A DNA stretch of 63,889 nt, counting the filler, from Circinaria calcarea (taxonomy: Eukaryota): assembly GCA_051942165.1 (NCBI GenBank). It is 10 parts of 10 records of this genome, joined end to end, with 100 filler letters (N's around TTAATTAATTAA, not from the genome) between each part and the next. Parts side by side here need not be neighbours in the genome. Positions count along the whole stretch, not along the records: positions 57,614 to 63,889 come from JAVECS010001619.1; 9 more parts are not named here. One strand, given 5' to 3'. The notes under the pieces were generated by a model. It had not been told where the DNA came from. It saw only the letters and a program-made list of their open reading frames with translations, and did not search any database. The position numbers and the translations under genes are program-made. Below, one piece after another: positions 60,939 through 63,889 of the stretch (position 1 is its first letter; every line of letters begins with the position of its first letter).

Positions 60939-63051
60939 ATGGCAGCACAGTCAGCGGAGGAGAATCGTTCAGCACTTGTACTTTATGGATCCGAGACGGG
61001 CAACGCCCATGATGTTGCCGATGAAATAGGCCGTATGCTGGAGCGGCTACGTTTCTCCACGTATGTGACTCATCTCGATGCTGTCGATCCTGTCTGTTCT
61101 CCCGGAGGATTCCATACTTCATTGAGACTGACATGGCGCGTAGGCCTCAATGGTCAACCATAATATTGTTGTTATCACTGTCTCCACCACAGGTCAAGGC
61201 GATCTGCCCCACAATGCTAGAGTTTTCTGGAAGAGGCTCCTACGGAAGAAGTTGAGCCCAAAACACCTCGAGGGTGTTAATTTAACTACGTTTGGCCTAG
61301 GTGATAGCTCCTATCCGAAGTGAGTCGTTGATGTTGACTCAACGAAGTCGTTGCGCTGACTTTTACAGATATAATTGGGCTGCGCGTAAGTTGCACAAAA
61401 GGCTTGCTCAACTTGGCGCCGAGGAGATATATCAAAGAGGTGAGGCAGATGAGCAGCATCCGGAAGGGTACAAAAATACATCTACTCCTGAATGTCCACA
61501 GAGGCTAAGCTGAATGTACCCAGATCCGATGCCAGTTTTCTTCCGTGGTTGAGTGGCCTACGTCAACACCTTTTACAGCTGTTTCCGCTTGGCCAGGGGG
61601 TAGAACCTATTCCTGACGATCTTCTCCTTGAGCCGAGATGGACCCTTGCGCTGGATCATCCAAACAGCGACCTTGGCCTAACGAGTCATAGTGTACCTGG
61701 TTTTGAGAGTTGTTCTGGTATGTCCGCAAAGGCACATTTTGGTGAAGAATCAGTGATGCCCATCAATGGCAGCTATGCAGGTGACCAAACATATGGCAAT
61801 CACCTAAGAGTTGTACTTGAAGAGAACCGACGGCTTACCCCTGCAGATCATTGGCAGGACGTTCGGCACCTTGCTATGACGGCAGAAGATCAAGTGTCAT
61901 ATAAACCTGGGGATGTCCTTACTATATACCCCAAGAATCCACCTGACGACGTCGAAACTATTTTGAGGCTCATGCATTGGACGGACATTGCAGATTTACC
62001 CATACACTTCGAGCGGTCGAGACCAGCCCAAGATCACATCGTCTGCCCTCTCCCCAATCGAGATTTCTCTGGATCACTGACACTCCGAAATCTGCTAATA
62101 AATCACCTGGACATTAATGCAATTCCCCGCCGTTCATTCTTTTCCATCATAGCACAATTTACAACCGATCCTTTTCAAAAGGACAGACTCATTGAGTTCA
62201 CCAAACCAGAGTATCTTGATGAATTGTATGATTATACCACTCGGCCCAGACGCAGTATTTTGGAGGTCCTTCAGGAGTTCGATACCGTAAAAATCCCTTG
62301 GCAATGGGCTGCAAATGTTCTGCCTGAACTTCGAGGCAGGCAATTCAGTATTGCAAGTGGTGGTCAACTTAGGACCAGCGGATCATCTACACGGTTCGAG
62401 CTACTGGTTGCAATTGTCAAGTACAAGACGGTCATCAAGAAGATTCGAGAAGGAACCTGCACGCGATATATTGCTGGTTTACCCGTCGGTACTTCATTGC
62501 AGGTAACTTTGCAAGAAGGTGGCTTGGGCATAAGTCAAGGAGATGCGAAACGGCCGGCAGTTATGATTGGGCCTGGTACTGGCGTTGCCCCGATGCGGTC
62601 TCTGATCTGGGAGCGTTTGCAGTGGGATGAGCAAATGGCCAAGATTAGTCAGGCTGGCAATAACTCGTTAACCAATGGTTATAATGGTATCGGTAAAAGT
62701 GTGCTTTTCTTTGGCAATAGGAACTACGAATCAGATTACTTCTACCAACGTGAGTGGCAAACGTTGGAAGAGAAGATGCCGTTACACGTCTTGACGGCCT
62801 TCTCTCGCGATCAAAAAGAAAAGATATACGTCCAAGCCATTATCAAAGAACAATCCAAAACAGTCTTCGATGCCTTACACATTTCCCGGGGCACAGTCTA
62901 CATTTGTGGTTCGTCGGGGAAAATGCCACAAGCAGTTCGCGAGGCTTTAGTCGAAGTCTTTCAATCCGAGGGAGCTATGGAAAGAGATGCAGCTGAAGCA
63001 TACTTGTTGAGCATGGAGAAAGAAGGTAGATACAAGCAAGAAACATGGTAA
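60939..63051 (+). CDS. TAH18: NADPH-dependent diflavin oxidoreductase 1
   Basis: LYGSETGNA, STTGQGD, FGLGDSSY, HWQDVRH, RQFSIAS, MIGPGTGVAPMRS, FFGNR, AFSRDQ..YVQ, YICGSSGKMP and RYKQETW. Confidence 0.95.
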
Positions 63052-63132
63052 ACTAACATGTCGTTGTCAAGCCCTACCAAATCAAACAGAGCCACTTTCG
63101 AATCAAGACCGAAAGAAAAAATCGCTCTCCAA

Positions 63133-63889
63133 TCAAATCCAGTCGTACAACTTCCTCCTCACTCTTTCTAACAATATCAACCCTCTCGCCAGCGGTAATC
63201 TCCCCTCTTCCTCTGCGTCCTTTTCCGCTTCTCTGTTCCGATAAAACTCCTCAATCTTTCCCCCGTCCCTCACAAGTACTTCAACAGCCCACCTAAGCGT
63301 CTCCCCAACCCCTCCGTCTAACCCAGGCTGCATCCGAATCCTCAATCCATCGCAAACTGCCTTGTTTGGAAACCCTTCCACGTCACCATATTCAAACAAC
63401 GGCGCATACTCTCGCACATAGTTCCGCCACACCACATTCTCGAAATACGGCCGCGTGCGCCAGAAATATTCTCCCCCAACATGCAGGCCTGCGTATTCGG
63501 GACGCGAGAGTCGCCGAGAAAGCGAGGTAGCTCTGCTACTACACAGGAAAAGCTTGATATCCAGCAAATCTCGTATCTCAGGATCCGGGTAGAGAAGTGC
63601 ACCATCGACTATACCGACCACTCTCCTACTCGCGAAAACACCACTCTTTGACAGTATATCTGCAAGCTCGGCTCTCATCTCCACTTCTACCCCCGGTAAT
63701 CTCAATGCGTTTTCTCTTTCAGTCTCTACATCTTGTGCGCTGCGATACCGTCCCGGTAAACGCCCCTCTCGCTTTGCGTACTGTAGTATCCGTTTGAAAG
63801 CTACCATATCATACGCGGAGGCGCAGTCGGCGTCATACTCCTCCTCCCTTCCTTCTCCATCAGATCTAGATCCGTTTCGAGAGTGAGAG
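63133..63889 (-). CDS. Nicotinamide riboside kinase-like P-loop kinase, 3' part
   Basis: Frame is open to the window end (..EYDADCASAYDMVAF..). Contains IVDGALLY, LLDIKLFL, RRLSRPEY and FW....YFENVVWRNY. The P-loop would lie beyond the window. Confidence 0.7.
   Translation of the reverse strand, partial: SHSRNGSRSDGEGREEEYDADCASAYDMVAFKRILQYAKREGRLPGRYRSAQDVETERENALRLPGVEVEMRAELADILSKSGVFASRRVVGIVDGALLYPDPEIRDLLDIKLFLCSSRATSLSRRLSRPEYAGLHVGGEYFWRTRPYFENVVWRNYVREYAPLFEYGDVEGFPNKAVCDGLRIRMQPGLDGGVGETLRWAVEVLVRDGGKIEEFYRNREAEKDAEEEGRLPLARGLILLERVRRKLYDWI

Noticed and set aside
55728..63889. BNA4 plus NRK-like kinase as an NAD-metabolism cluster
   Set aside because: A spacer at 57514-57613 separates them, so no physical linkage is shown.

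Overview
Eukaryotic DNA from a filamentous ascomycete (Pezizomycotina-type genes with short GT-AG introns). It is not one locus. Ten contigs of about 6.3 kb, sorted by decreasing length, are joined by artificial 100-nt N44-TTAATTAATTAA-N44 spacers, so gene adjacency is meaningful only within a contig. Conserved genes include Msy/MscS channel, IPA1/UBE3D-like, JEN1, HAD-IIA, GPALPP1-like, Vps3844-like, 4CL-like ligase, ATP11, BNA4, a two-RRM protein, TAH18 and an NRK-like kinase. Several accessory genes carry lesions: a reductase-terminated NRPS pseudogene, a membrane-anchored fucose-lectin-like gene, a C2H2 plus retropepsin fusion and a membrane protein. Small mobile elements are common: three solo LTRs with intact 5-bp TSDs, several MITEs and a 620-bp element with an 8-bp TSD. 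The strongest leads are (1) an intronless, motif-complete RtcB-type RNA ligase with an extra N-terminal domain, lying tail-to-tail with an intron-containing tRNA-Thr(AGU) gene although fungi normally splice tRNA with Trl1, and (2) an H/ACA-like RNA inside the long IPA1 intron whose first pocket matches the U2 snRNA site modified by yeast snR81. All family calls come from motif recognition by eye. No database searches were run.
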